Assembly: GCA_964016885.1 (NCBI GenBank)
Contig: OZ024743.1
Coordinates: forward strand, 234,298,001-234,362,000
DNA from: Eledone cirrhosa
Taxonomy: Eukaryota
Length of the DNA: 64,000 bases
Direction of reading: 5' to 3'
This document shows, in pieces, positions 26,840 to 40,900 of the stretch. The notes below the pieces were generated by a model, which searched no databases, had not been told where the DNA came from, and saw only the letters and a list, made by a program, of their open reading frames with translations. Positions within the stretch are counted from its first letter, which is position 1, and every line of letters starts with the position of its first letter. Made by a program: the position numbers and the translations under genes.

Positions 26840-29800
26840 TTGTGGCTGTGGAACCAAACCGTGTTAAACGTCAGCAAAGTCCGCCGGCGAATGGTGTGCT
26901 TCGAAGAAAACGAATCCAAAAATGACGATTTGCCGGCGGAGTTACCTTTTCAATCGCGGGCCGGCCGCCCGTGGTCGGATCGATCTGTAATTACTGGTAC
27001 ATGTGCAGACACTCATTGGCTATGGGTGGCGTGAATTTCAGCAAGATATCTCCGTAAAATCAATTGTTGTGGCTGTGGAACCAAACCGTGTTAAACGTCA
27101 ACAAAGTCCGCCGGCGAATGGTGTGCTTCGAAGAAAACGAATCCAAAAATGACGATTTGCCGGCGGAGTTACCTTTTCAATCGCGGGCCGGCCGCCCGTG
27201 GTCGGATCGATCTGTAATTACTGGTACATGTGCAGACACTCATTGGCTATGTGTGGCGTGAATTTCAGCAAGATATCTCCGTAAAATCAATAGTTGTGGC
27301 TGTGGAACCAAACCGTGTTAAACGTCAGCAAAGTCCGCCGGCGAATGGTGTGCTTCGAAGAAAACGAATCCAAAAATGACGATTTGCCGGCGGAGTTACC
27401 TTTTCAATCGCGGCCCGGCCGCCCGTGGTCGGATCGATCTGTAATTACTGGTACATGTGCAGACACTCATTGGCTATGTGTGGCGTGAATTTCAGCAAGA
27501 TATCTCCGTAAAATCAATAGTTGTGGCTGTGGAACCAAACCGTGTTAAACGTCAGCAAAGTCCGCCGGCGAATGGTGTGCTTCGAAGAAAACGAATCCAA
27601 AAATGACGATTTGCCGGCGGAGTTACCTTTTCAATCGCGGCCCGGCCGCCCGTGGTCGGATCGATCTGTAATTACTGGTACATGTGCAGACACTCATTGG
27701 CTATGTGTGGCGTGAATTTCAGCAAGATATCTCCGTAAAATCAATAGTTGTGGCTGTGGAACCAAACCGTGTTAAACGTCAACAAAGTCCGCCGGCGAAT
27801 GGTGTGCTTCGAAGAAAACGAATCCAAAAATGACGATTTGCCGGCGGAGTTACCTTTTCAATCGCGGGCCGGCCGCCCGTGGTCGGATCGATCTGTAATT
27901 ACTGGTACATGTGCAGACACTCATTGGCTATGTGTGGCGTGAATTTCAGCAAGATATCTCCGTAAAATCAATAGTTGTGGCTGTGGAACCAAACCGTGTT
28001 AAACGTCAGCAAAGTCCGCCGGCGAATGGTGTGCTTCGAAGAAAACGAATCCAAAAATGACGATTTGCCGGCGGAGTTACCTTTTCAATCGCGGGCCGGC
28101 CGCCCGTGGTCGGATCGATCTGTAATTACTGGTACATGTGCAGACACTCATTGGCTATGGGTGGCGTGAATTTCAGCAAGATATCTCCGTAAAATCAATA
28201 GTTGTGGCTGTGGAACCAAACCGTGTTAAACGTCAACAAAGTCCGCCGGCGAATGGTGTGCTTCGAAGAAAACGAATCCAAAAATGACGATTTGCCGGCG
28301 GAGTTACCTTTTCAATCGCGGGCCGGCCGCCCGTGGTCGGATCGATCTGTAATTACTGGTACATGTGCAGACACTCATTGGCTATGTGTGGCGTGAATTT
28401 CAGCAAGATATCTCCGTAAAATCAATAGTTGTGGTTGTGGAACCAAACCGTGTTAAACGTCAGCAAAGTCCGCCGGCGAATGGTGTGCTTCGAAGAAAAC
28501 GAATCCAAAAATGACGATTTGCCGGCGGAGTTACCTTTTCAATCGCGGGCCGGCCGCCCGTGGTCGGATCGATCTGTAATTACTGGTACATGTGCAGACA
28601 CTCATTGGCTATGGGTGGCGTGAATTTCAGCAAGATATCTCCGTAAAATCAATAGTTGTGGCTGTGGAACCAAACCGTGTTAAACGTCAACAAAGTCCGC
28701 CGGCGAATGGTGTGCTTCGAAGAAAACGAATCCAAAAATGACGATTTGCCGGCGGAGTTACCTTTTCAATCGCGGGCCGGCCGCCCGTGGTCGGATCGAT
28801 CTGTAATTACTGGTACATGTGCAGACACTCATTGGCTATGTGTGGCGTGAATTTCAGCAAGATATCTCCGTAAAATCAATAGTTGTGGCTGTGGAACCAA
28901 ACCGTGTTAAACGTCAGCAAAGTCCGCCGGCAAATGGTGTGCTTCGAAGAAAACGAATCCAAAAATGACGATTTGCCGGCGGAGTTACCTTTTCAATCGC
29001 GGGCCGGCCGCCCGTGGTCGGATCGATCTGTAATTACTGGTACATGTGCAGACACTCATTGGCTATGTGTGGCGTGAATTTCAGCAAGATATCTCCGTAA
29101 AATCAATAGTTGTGGCTGTGGAACCAAACCGTGTTAAACGTCAGCAAAGTCCGCCGGCGAATGGTGTGCTTCGAAGAAAACGAATCCAAAAATGACGATT
29201 TGCCGGCGGAGTTACCTTTTCAATCGCGGGCCGGCCGCCCGTGGTCGGATCGATCTGTAATTACTGGTACATGTGCAGACACTCATTGGCTATGGGTGGC
29301 GTGAATTTCAGCAAGATATCTCCGTAAAATCAATTGTTGTGGCTGTGGAACCAAACCGTGTTAAACGTCAACAAAGTCCGCCGGCGAATGGTGTGCTTCG
29401 AAGAAAACGAATCCAAAAATGACGATTTGCCGGCGGAGTTACCTTTTCAATCGCGGGCCGGCCGCCCGTGGTCGGATCGATCTGTAATTACTGGTACATG
29501 TGCAGACACTCATTGGCTATGTGTGGCGTGAATTTCAGCAAGATATCTCCGTAAAATCAATAGTTGTGGCTGTGGAACCAAACCGTGTTAAACGTCAGCA
29601 AAGTCCGCCGGCGAATGGTGTGCTTCGAAGAAAACGAATCCAAAAATGACGATTTGCCGGCGGAGTTACCTTTTCAATCGCGGCCCGGCCGCCCGTGGTC
29701 GGATCGATCTGTAATTACTGGTACATGTGCAGACACTCATTGGCTATGTGTGGCGTGAATTTCAGCAAGATATCTCCGTAAAATCAATAGTTGTGGCTGT

Positions 29801-32800
29801 GGAACCAAACCGTGTTAAACGTCAGCAAAGTCCGCCGGCGAATGGTGTGCTTCGAAGAAAACGAATCCAAAAATGACGATTTGCCGGCGGAGTTACCTTT
29901 TCAATCGCGGCCCGGCCGCCCGTGGTCGGATCGATCTGTAATTACTGGTACATGTGCAGACACTCATTGGCTATGTGTGGCGTGAATTTCAGCAAGATAT
30001 CTCCGTAAAATCAATAGTTGTGGCTGTGGAACCAAACCGTGTTAAACGTCAACAAAGTCCGCCGGCGAATGGTGTGCTTCGAAGAAAACGAATCCAAAAA
30101 TGACGATTTGCCGGCGGAGTTACCTTTTCAATCGCGGGCCGGCCGCCCGTGGTCGGATCGATCTGTAATTACTGGTACATGTGCAGACACTCATTGGCTA
30201 TGTGTGGCGTGAATTTCAGCAAGATATCTCCGTAAAATCAATAGTTGTGGCTGTGGAACCAAACCGTGTTAAACGTCAGCAAAGTCCGCCGGCGAATGGT
30301 GTGCTTCGAAGAAAACGAATCCAAAAATGACGATTTGCCGGCGGAGTTACCTTTTCAATCGCGGGCCGGCCGCCCGTGGTCGGATCGATCTGTAATTACT
30401 GGTACATGTGCAGACACTCATTGGCTATGGGTGGCGTGAATTTCAGCAAGATATCTCCGTAAAATCAATAGTTGTGGCTGTGGAACCAAACCGTGTTAAA
30501 CGTCAACAAAGTCCGCCGGCGAATGGTGTGCTTCGAAGAAAACGAATCCAAAAATGACGATTTGCCGGCGGAGTTACCTTTTCAATCGCGGGCCGGCCGC
30601 CCGTGGTCGGATCGATCTGTAATTACTGGTACATGTGCAGACACTCATTGGCTATGTGTGGCGTGAATTTCAGCAAGATATCTCCGTAAAATCAATAGTT
30701 GTGGTTGTGGAACCAAACCGTGTTAAACGTCAGCAAAGTCCGCCGGCGAATGGTGTGCTTCGAAGAAAACGAATCCAAAAATGACGATTTGCCGGCGGAG
30801 TTACCTTTTCAATCGCGGGCCGGCCGCCCGTGGTCGGATCGATCTGTAATTACTGGTACATGTGCAGACACTCATTGGCTATGGGTGGCGTGAATTTCAG
30901 CAAGATATCTCCGTAAAATCAATAGTTGTGGCTGTGGAACCAAACCGTGTTAAACGTCAACAAAGTCCGCCGGCGAATGGTGTGCTTCGAAGAAAACGAA
31001 TCCAAAAATGACGATTTGCCGGCGGAGTTACCTTTTCAATCGCGGGCCGGCCGCCCGTGGTCGGATCGATCTGTAATTACTGGTACATGTGCAGACACTC
31101 ATTGGCTATGTGTGGCGTGAATTTCAGCAAGATATCTCCGTAAAATCAATAGTTGTGGCTGTGGAACCAAACCGTGTTAAACGTCAGCAAAGTCCGCCGG
31201 CAAATGGTGTGCTTCGAAGAAAACGAATCCAAAAATGACGATTTGCCGGCGGAGTTACCTTTTCAATCGCGGGCCGGCCGCCCGTGGTCGGATCGATCTG
31301 TAATTACTGGTACATGTGCAGACACTCATTGGCTATGTGTGGCGTGAATTTCAGCAAGATATCTCCGTAAAATCAATAGTTGTGGCTGTGGAACCAAACC
31401 GTGTTAAACGTCAGCAAAGTCCGCCGGCGAATGGTGTGCTTCGAAGAAAACGAATCCAAAAATGACGATTTGCCGGCGGAGTTACCTTTTCAATCGCGGG
31501 CCGGCCGCCCGTGGTCGGATCGATCTGTAATTACTGGTACATGTGCAGACACTCATTGGCTATGGGTGGCGTGAATTTCAGCAAGATATCTCCGTAAAAT
31601 CAATTGTTGTGGCTGTGGAACCAAACCGTGTTAAACGTCAACAAAGTCCGCCGGCGAATGGTGTGCTTCGAAGAAAACGAATCCAAAAATGACGATTTGC
31701 CGGCGGAGTTACCTTTTCAATCGCGGCCCGGCCGCCCGTGGTCGGATCGATCTGTAATTACTGGTACATGTGCAGACACTCATTGGCTATGTGTGGCGTG
31801 AATTTCAGCAAGATATCTCCGTAAAATCAATAGTTGTGGCTGTGGAACCAAACCGTGTTAAACGTCAGCAAAGTCCGCCGGCGAATGGTGTGCTTCGAAG
31901 AAAACGAATCCAAAAATGACGATTTGCCGGCGGAGTTACCTTTTCAATCGCGGCCCGGCCGCCCGTGGTCGGATCGATCTGTAATTACTGGTACATGTGC
32001 AGACACTCATTGGCTATGTGTGGCGTGAATTTCAGCAAGATATCTCCGTAAAATCAATAGTTGTGGCTGTGGAACCAAACCGTGTTAAACGTCAACAAAG
32101 TCCGCCGGCGAATGGTGTGCTTCGAAGAAAACGAATCCAAAAATGACGATTTGCCGGCGGAGTTACCTTTTCAATCGCGGGCCGGCCGCCCGTGGTCGGA
32201 TCGATCTGTAATTACTGGTACATGTGCAGACACTCATTGGCTATGTGTGGCGTGAATTTCAGCAAGATATCTCCGTAAAATCAATAGTTGTGGCTGTGGA
32301 ACCAAACCGTGTTAAACGTCAGCAAAGTCCGCCGGCGAATGGTGTGCTTCGAAGAAAACGAATCCAAAAATGACGATTTGCCGGCGGAGTTACCTTTTCA
32401 ATCGCGGGCCGGCCGCCCGTGGTCGGATCGATCTGTAATTACTGGTACATGTGCAGACACTCATTGGCTATGGGTGGCGTGAATTTCAGCAAGATATCTC
32501 CGTAAAATCAATAGTTGTGGCTGTGGAACCAAACCGTGTTAAACGTCAACAAAGTCCGCCGGCGAATGGTGTGCTTCGAAGAAAACGAATCCAAAAATGA
32601 CGATTTGCCGGCGGAGTTACCTTTTCAATCGCGGGCCGGCCGCCCGTGGTCGGATCGATCTGTAATTACTGGTACATGTGCAGACACTCATTGGCTATGT
32701 GTGGCGTGAATTTCAGCAAGATATCTCCGTAAAATCAATAGTTGTGGTTGTGGAACCAAACCGTGTTAAACGTCAGCAAAGTCCGCCGGCGAATGGTGTG

Positions 32801-34071
32801 CTTCGAAGAAAACGAATCCAAAAATGACGATTTGCCGGCGGAGTTACCTTTTCAATCGCGGGCCGGCCGCCCGTGGTCGGATCGATCTGTAATTACTGGT
32901 ACATGTGCAGACACTCATTGGCTATGGGTGGCGTGAATTTCAGCAAGATATCTCCGTAAAATCAATAGTTGTGGCTGTGGAACCAAACCGTGTTAAACGT
33001 CAACAAAGTCCGCCGGCGAATGGTGTGCTTCGAAGAAAACGAATCCAAAAATGACGATTTGCCGGCGGAGTTACCTTTTCAATCGCGGGCCGGCCGCCCG
33101 TGGTCGGATCGATCTGTAATTACTGGTACATGTGCAGACACTCATTGGCTATGTGTGGCGTGAATTTCAGCAAGATATCTCCGTAAAATCAATAGTTGTG
33201 GCTGTGGAACCAAACCGTGTTAAACGTCAGCAAAGTCCGCCGGCAAATGGTGTGCTTCGAAGAAAACGAATCCAAAAATGACGATTTGCCGGCGGAGTTA
33301 CCTTTTCAATCGCGGGCCGGCCGCCCGTGGTCGGATCGATCTGTAATTACTGGTACATGTGCAGACACTCATTGGCTATGTGTGGCGTGAATTTCAGCAA
33401 GATATCTCCGTAAAATCAATAGTTGTGGCTGTGGAACCAAACCGTGTTAAACGTCAGCAAAGTCCGCCGGCGAATGGTGTGCTTCGAAGAAAACGAATCC
33501 AAAAATGACGATTTGCCGGCGGAGTTACCTTTTCAATCGCGGGCCGGCCGCCCGTGGTCGGATCGATCTGTAATTACTGGTACATGTGCAGACACTCATT
33601 GGCTATGGGTGGCGTGAATTTCAGCAAGATATCTCCGTAAAATCAATTGTTGTGGCTGTGGAACCAAACCGTGTTAAACGTCAACAAAGTCCGCCGGCGA
33701 ATGGTGTGCTTCGAAGAAAACGAATCCAAAAATGACGATTTGCCGGCGGAGTTACCTTTTCAATCGCGGGCCGGCCGCCCGTGGTCGGATCGATCTGTAA
33801 TTACTGGTACATGTGCAGACACTCATTGGCTATGTGTGGCGTGAATTTCAGCAAGATATCTCCGTAAAATCAATAGTTGTGGCTGTGGAACCAAACCGTG
33901 TTAAACGTCAGCAAAGTCCGCCGGCGAATGGTGTGCTTCGAAGAAAACGAATCCAAAAATGACGATTTGCCGGCGGAGTTACCTTTTCAATCGCGGCCCG
34001 GCCGCCCGTGGTCGGATCGATCTGTAATTACTGGTACATGTGCAGACACTCATTGGCTATGTGTGGCGTGA
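26840..34071. repeat. 10-monomer (2270 bp) higher-order repeat, about 3 tandem copies; third copy is 9 monomers
   Basis: The variant string LNC-SPC-SPC-NC-SW-NC-SW(C60T)-NC-SQC-SW starts at ORFs 27064 and 29334. A 9-mer version starts at 31604 and a partial fourth at 33647. Confidence 0.85.
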
Positions 34072-34958
34072 ATTTCAGCAAGATATCTCCGTAAAATCAA
34101 TAGTTGTGGCTGTGGAACCAAACCGTGTTAAACGTCAACAAAGTCCGCCGGCGAATGGTGTGCTTCGAAGAAAACGAATCCAAAAATGACGATTTGCCGG
34201 CGGAGTTACCTTTTCAATCGCGGGCCGGCCGCCCGTGGTCGGATCGATCTGTAATTACTGGTACATGTGCAGACACTCATTGGCTATGGGTGGCGTGAAT
34301 TTCAGCAAGATATCTCCGTAAAATCAATAGTTGTGGCTGTGGAACCAAACCGTGTTAAACGTCAACAAAGTCCGCCGGCGAATGGTGTGCTTCGAAGAAA
34401 ACGAATCCAAAAATGACGATTTGCCGGCGGAGTTACCTTTTCAATCGCGGGCCGGCCGCCCGTGGTCGGATCGATCTGTAATTACTGGTACATGTGCAGA
34501 CACTCATTGGCTATGTGTGGCGTGAATTTCAGCAAGATATCTCCGTAAAATCAATAGTTGTGGCTGTGGAACCAAACCGTGTTAAACGTCAGCAAAGTCC
34601 GCCGGCAAATGGTGTGCTTCGAAGAAAACGAATCCAAAAATGACGATTTGCCGGCGGAGTTACCTTTTCAATCGCGGGCCGGCCGCCCGTGGTCGGATCG
34701 ATCTGTAATTACTGGTACATGTGCAGACACTCATTGGCTATGTGTGGCGTGAATTTCAGCAAGATATCTCCGTAAAATCAATAGTTGTGGCTGTGGAACC
34801 AAACCGTGTTAAACGTCAGCAAAGTCCGCCGGCGAATGGTGTGCTTCGAAGAAAACGAATCCAAAAATGACGATTTGCCGGCGGAGTTACCTTTTCAATC
34901 GCGGGCCGGCCGCCCGTGGTCGGATCGATCTGTAATTACTGGTACATGTGCAGACACT

Positions 34959-37900
34959 CATTGGCTATGTGTGGCGTGAATTTCAGCAAGATATCTCCGT
35001 AAAATCAATAGTTGTGGCTGTGGAACCAAACCGTGTTAAACGTCAACAAAGTCCGCCGGCGAATGGTGTGCTTCGAAGAAAACGAATCCAAAAATGACGA
35101 TTTGCCGGCGGAGTTACCTTTTCAATCGCGGGCCGGCCGCCCGTGGTCGGATCGATCTGTAATTACTGGTACCTGTGCAGACACTCATTGGCTATGGGTG
35201 GCGTGAATTTCAGCAAGATATCTCCGTAAAATCAATAGTTGTGGCTGTGGAACCAAACCGTGTTAAACGTCAACAAAGTCCGCCGGCGAATGGTGTGCTT
35301 CGAAGAAAACGAATCCAAAAATGACGATTTGCCGGCGGAGTTACCTTTTCAATCGCGGGCCGGCCGCCCGTGGTCGGATCGATCTGTAATTACTGGTACA
35401 TGTGCAGACACTCATTGGCTATGTGTGGCGTGAATTTCAGCAAGATATCTCCGTAAAATCAATAGTTGTGGCTGTGGAACCAAACCGTGTTAAACGTCAG
35501 CAAAGTCCGCCGGCAAATGGTGTGCTTCGAAGAAAACGAATCCAAAAATGACGATTTGCCGGCGGAGTTACCTTTTCAATCGCGGGCCGGCCGCCCGTGG
35601 TCGGATCGATCTGTAATTACTGGTACATGTGCAGACACTCATTGGCTATGTGTGGCGTGAATTTCAGCAAGATATCTCCGTAAAATCAATAGTTGTGGCT
35701 GTGGAACCAAACCGTGTTAAACGTCAACAAAGTCCGCCGGCGAATGGTGTGCTTCGAAGAAAACGAATCCAAAAATGACGATTTGCCGGCGGAGTTACCT
35801 TTTCAATCGCGGGCCGGCCGCCCGTGGTCGGATCGATCTGTAATTACTGGTACCTGTGCAGACACTCATTGGCTATGGGTGGCGTGAATTTCAGCAAGAT
35901 ATCTCCGTAAAATCAATAGTTGTGGCTGTGGAACCAAACCGTGTTAAACGTCAACAAAGTCCGCCGGCGAATGGTGTGCTTCGAAGAAAACGAATCCAAA
36001 AATGACGATTTGCCGGCGGAGTTACCTTTTCAATCGCGGGCCGGCCGCCCGTGGTCGGATCGATCTGTAATTACTGGTACATGTGCAGACACTCATTGGC
36101 TATGTGTGGCGTGAATTTCAGCAAGATATCTCCGTAAAATCAATAGTTGTGGCTGTGGAACCAAACCGTGTTAAACGTCAACAAAGTCCGCCGGCGAATG
36201 GTGTGCTTCGAAGAAAACGAATCCAAAAATGACGATTTGCCGGCGGAGTTACCTTTTCAATCGCGGGCCGGCCGCCCGTGGTCGGATCGATCTGTAATTA
36301 CTGGTACCTGTGCAGACACTCATTGGCTATGGGTGGCGTGAATTTCAGCAAGATATCTCCGTAAAATCAATAGTTGTGGCTGTGGAACCAAACCGTGTTA
36401 AACGTCAACAAAGTCCGCCGGCGAATGGTGTGCTTCGAAGAAAACGAATCCAAAAATGACGATTTGCCGGCGGAGTTACCTTTTCAATCGCGGGCCGGCC
36501 GCCCGTGGTCGGATCGATCTGTAATTACTGGTACATGTGCAGACACTCATTGGCTATGTGTGGCGTGAATTTCAGCAAGATATCTCCGTAAAATCAATAG
36601 TTGTGGCTGTGGAACCAAACCGTGTTAAACGTCAGCAAAGTCCGCCGGCAAATGGTGTGCTTCGAAGAAAACGAATCCAAAAATGACGATTTGCCGGCGG
36701 AGTTACCTTTTCAATCGCGGGCCGGCCGCCCGTGGTCGGATCGATCTGTAATTACTGGTACATGTGCAGACACTCATTGGCTATGTGTGGCGTGAATTTC
36801 AGCAAGATATCTCCGTAAAATCAATAGTTGTGGCTGTGGAACCAAACCGTGTTAAACGTCAACAAAGTCCGCCGGCGAATGGTGTGCTTCGAAGAAAACG
36901 AATCCAAAAATGACGATTTGCCGGCGGAGTTACCTTTTCAATCGCGGGCCGGCCGCCCGTGGTCGGATCGATCTGTAATTACTGGTACCTGTGCAGACAC
37001 TCATTGGCTATGGGTGGCGTGAATTTCAGCAAGATATCTCCGTAAAATCAATAGTTGTGGCTGTGGAACCAAACCGTGTTAAACGTCAACAAAGTCCGCC
37101 GGCGAATGGTGTGCTTCGAAGAAAACGAATCCAAAAATGACGATTTGCCGGCGGAGTTACCTTTTCAATCGCGGGCCGGCCGCCCGTGGTCGGATCGATC
37201 TGTAATTACTGGTACATGTGCAGACACTCATTGGCTATGTGTGGCGTGAATTTCAGCAAGATATCTCCGTAAAATCAATAGTTGTGGCTGTGGAACCAAA
37301 CCGTGTTAAACGTCAGCAAAGTCCGCCGGCAAATGGTGTGCTTCGAAGAAAACGAATCCAAAAATGACGATTTGCCGGCGGAGTTACCTTTTCAATCGCG
37401 GGCCGGCCGCCCGTGGTCGGATCGATCTGTAATTACTGGTACATGTGCAGACACTCATTGGCTATGTGTGGCGTGAATTTCAGCAAGATATCTCCGTAAA
37501 ATCAATAGTTGTGGCTGTGGAACCAAACCGTGTTAAACGTCAACAAAGTCCGCCGGCGAATGGTGTGCTTCGAAGAAAACGAATCCAAAAATGACGATTT
37601 GCCGGCGGAGTTACCTTTTCAATCGCGGGCCGGCCGCCCGTGGTCGGATCGATCTGTAATTACTGGTACATGTGCAGACACTCATTGGCTATGTGTGGCG
37701 TGAATTTCAGCAAGATATCTCCGTAAAATCAATAGTTGTGGCTGTGGAACCAAACCGTGTTAAACGTCAACAAAGTCCGCCGGCGAATGGTGTGCTTCGA
37801 AGAAAACGAATCCAAAAATGACGATTTGCCGGCGGAGTTACCTTTTCAATCGCGGGCCGGCCGCCCGTGGTCGGATCGATCTGTAATTACTGGTACCTGT

Positions 37901-40900
37901 GCAGACACTCATTGGCTATGGGTGGCGTGAATTTCAGCAAGATATCTCCGTAAAATCAATAGTTGTGGCTGTGGAACCAAACCGTGTTAAACGTCAACAA
38001 AGTCCGCCGGCGAATGGTGTGCTTCGAAGAAAACGAATCCAAAAATGACGATTTGCCGGCGGAGTTACCTTTTCAATCGCGGGCCGGCCGCCCGTGGTCG
38101 GATCGATCTGTAATTACTGGTACCTGTGCAGACACTCATTGGCTATGGGTGGCGTGAATTTCAGCAAGATATCTCCGTAAAATCAATAGTTGTGGCTGTG
38201 GAACCAAACCGTGTTAAACGTCAACAAAGTCCGCCGGCGAATGGTGTGCTTCGAAGAAAACGAATCCAAAAATGACGATTTGCCGGCGGAGTTACCTTTT
38301 CAATCGCGGGCCGGCCGCCCGTGGTCGGATCGATCTGTAATTACTGGTACATGTGCAGACACTCATTGGCTATGTGTGGCGTGAATTTCAGCAAGATATC
38401 TCCGTAAAATCAATAGTTGTGGCTGTGGAACCAAACCGTGTTAAACGTCAACAAAGTCCGCCGGCGAATGGTGTGCTTCGAAGAAAACGAATCCAAAAAT
38501 GACGATTTGCCGGCGGAGTTACCTTTTCAATCGCGGGCCGGCCGCCCGTGGTCGGATCGATCTGTAATTACTGGTACATGTGCAGACACTCATTGGCTAT
38601 GTGTGGCGTGAATTTCAGCAAGATATCTCCGTAAAATCAATAGTTGTGGCTGTGGAACCAAACCGTGTTAAACGTCAACAAAGTCCGCCGGCGAATGGTG
38701 TGCTTCGAAGAAAACGAATCCAAAAATGACGATTTGCCGGCGGAGTTACCTTTTCAATCGCGGGCCGGCCGCCCGTGGTCGGATCGATCTGTAATTACTG
38801 GTACCTGTGCAGACACTCATTGGCTATGGGTGGCGTGAATTTCAGCAAGATATCTCCGTAAAATCAATAGTTGTGGCTGTGGAACCAAACCGTGTTAAAC
38901 GTCAACAAAGTCCGCCGGCGAATGGTGTGCTTCGAAGAAAACGAATCCAAAAATGACGATTTGCCGGCGGAGTTACCTTTTCAATCGCGGGCCGGCCGCC
39001 CGTGGTCGGATCGATCTGTAATTACTGGTACATGTGCAGACACTCATTGGCTATGTGTGGCGTGAATTTCAGCAAGATATCTCCGTAAAATCAATAGTTG
39101 TGGCTGTGGAACCAAACCGTGTTAAACGTCAGCAAAGTCCGCCGGCAAATGGTGTGCTTCGAAGAAAACGAATCCAAAAATGACGATTTGCCGGCGGAGT
39201 TACCTTTTCAATCGCGGGCCGGCCGCCCGTGGTCGGATCGATCTGTAATTACTGGTACATGTGCAGACACTCATTGGCTATGTGTGGCGTGAATTTCAGC
39301 AAGATATCTCCGTAAAATCAATAGTTGTGGCTGTGGAACCAAACCGTGTTAAACGTCAACAAAGTCCGCCGGCGAATGGTGTGCTTCGAAGAAAACGAAT
39401 CCAAAAATGACGATTTGCCGGCGGAGTTACCTTTTCAATCGCGGGCCGGCCGCCCGTGGTCGGATCGATCTGTAATTACTGGGACCTGTGCAGACACTCA
39501 TTGGCTATGGGTGGCGTGAATTTCAGCAAGATATCTCCGTAAAATCAATAGTTGTGGCTGTGGAACCAAACCGTGTTAAACGTCAACAAAGTCCGCCGGC
39601 GAATGGTGTGCTTCGAAGAAAACGAATCCAAAAATGACGATTTGCCGGCGGAGTTACCTTTTCAATCGCGGGCCGGCCGCCCGTGGTCGGATCGATCTGT
39701 AATTACTGGTACATGTGCAGACACTCATTGGCTATGTGTGGCGTGAATTTCAGCAAGATATCTCCGTAAAATCAATAGTTGTGGCTGTGGAACCAAACCG
39801 TGTTAAACGTCAGCAAAGTCCGCCGGCAAATGGTGTGCTTCGAAGAAAACGAATCCAAAAATGACGATTTGCCGGCGGAGTTACCTTTTCAATCGCGGGC
39901 CGGCCGCCCGTGGTCGGATCGATCTGTAATTACTGGTACATGTGCAGACACTCATTGGCTATGTGTGGCGTGAATTTCAGCAAGATATCTCCGTAAAATC
40001 AATAGTTGTGGCTGTGGAACCAAACCGTGTTAAACGTCAGCAAAGTCCGCCGGCGAATGGTGTGCTTCGAAGAAAACGAATCCAAAAATGACGATTTGCC
40101 GGCGGAGTTACCTTTTCAATCGCGGCCCGGCCGCCCGTGGTCGGATCGATCTGTAATTACTGGTACATGTGCAGACACTCATTGGCTATGTGTGGCGTGA
40201 ATTTCAGCAAGATATCTCCGTAAAATCAATAGTTGTGGCTGTGGAACCAAACCGTGTTAAACGTCAACAAAGTCCGCCGGCGAATGGTGTGCTTCGAAGA
40301 AAACGAATCCAAAAATGACGATTTGCCGGCGGAGTTACCTTTTCAATCGCGGGCCGGCCGCCCGTGGTCGGATCGATCTGTAATTACTGGTACATGTGCA
40401 GACACTCATTGGCTATGGGTGGCGTGAATTTCAGCAAGATATCTCCGTAAAATCAATAGTTGTGGCTGTGGAACCAAACCGTGTTAAACGTCAACAAAGT
40501 CCGCCGGCGAATGGTGTGCTTCGAAGAAAACGAATCCAAAAATGACGATTTGCCGGCGGAGTTACCTTTTCAATCGCGGGCCGGCCGCCCGTGGTCGGAT
40601 CGATCTGTAATTACTGGTACATGTGCAGACACTCATTGGCTATGTGTGGCGTGAATTTCAGCAAGATATCTCCGTAAAATCAATAGTTGTGGCTGTGGAA
40701 CCAAACCGTGTTAAACGTCAACAAAGTCCGCCGGCGAATGGTGTGCTTCGAAGAAAACGAATCCAAAAATGACGATTTGCCGGCGGAGTTACCTTTTCAA
40801 TCGCGGGCCGGCCGCCCGTGGTCGGATCGATCTGTAATTACTGGTACCTGTGCAGACACTCATTGGCTATGGGTGGCGTGAATTTCAGCAAGATATCTCC

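Larger units (their letters stand above)
1..34958. repeat. Array domain A: dimer-like alternation with higher-order blocks
   Basis: Copies alternate between N/C type (CAAC at p88, TGTG at the following p12) and S/W type (CAGC, GGGTG). Markers are C60T, A52T (65-aa ORFs), G103A, G174C and C214G. I saw no A215C allele here. Confidence 0.85.

Noticed and set aside
840-39483. Singleton substitutions (840, 1006, 3232, 9017, 14474, 18811, 39483)
   Set aside because: Each was seen once and cannot be distinguished from consensus error without reads.
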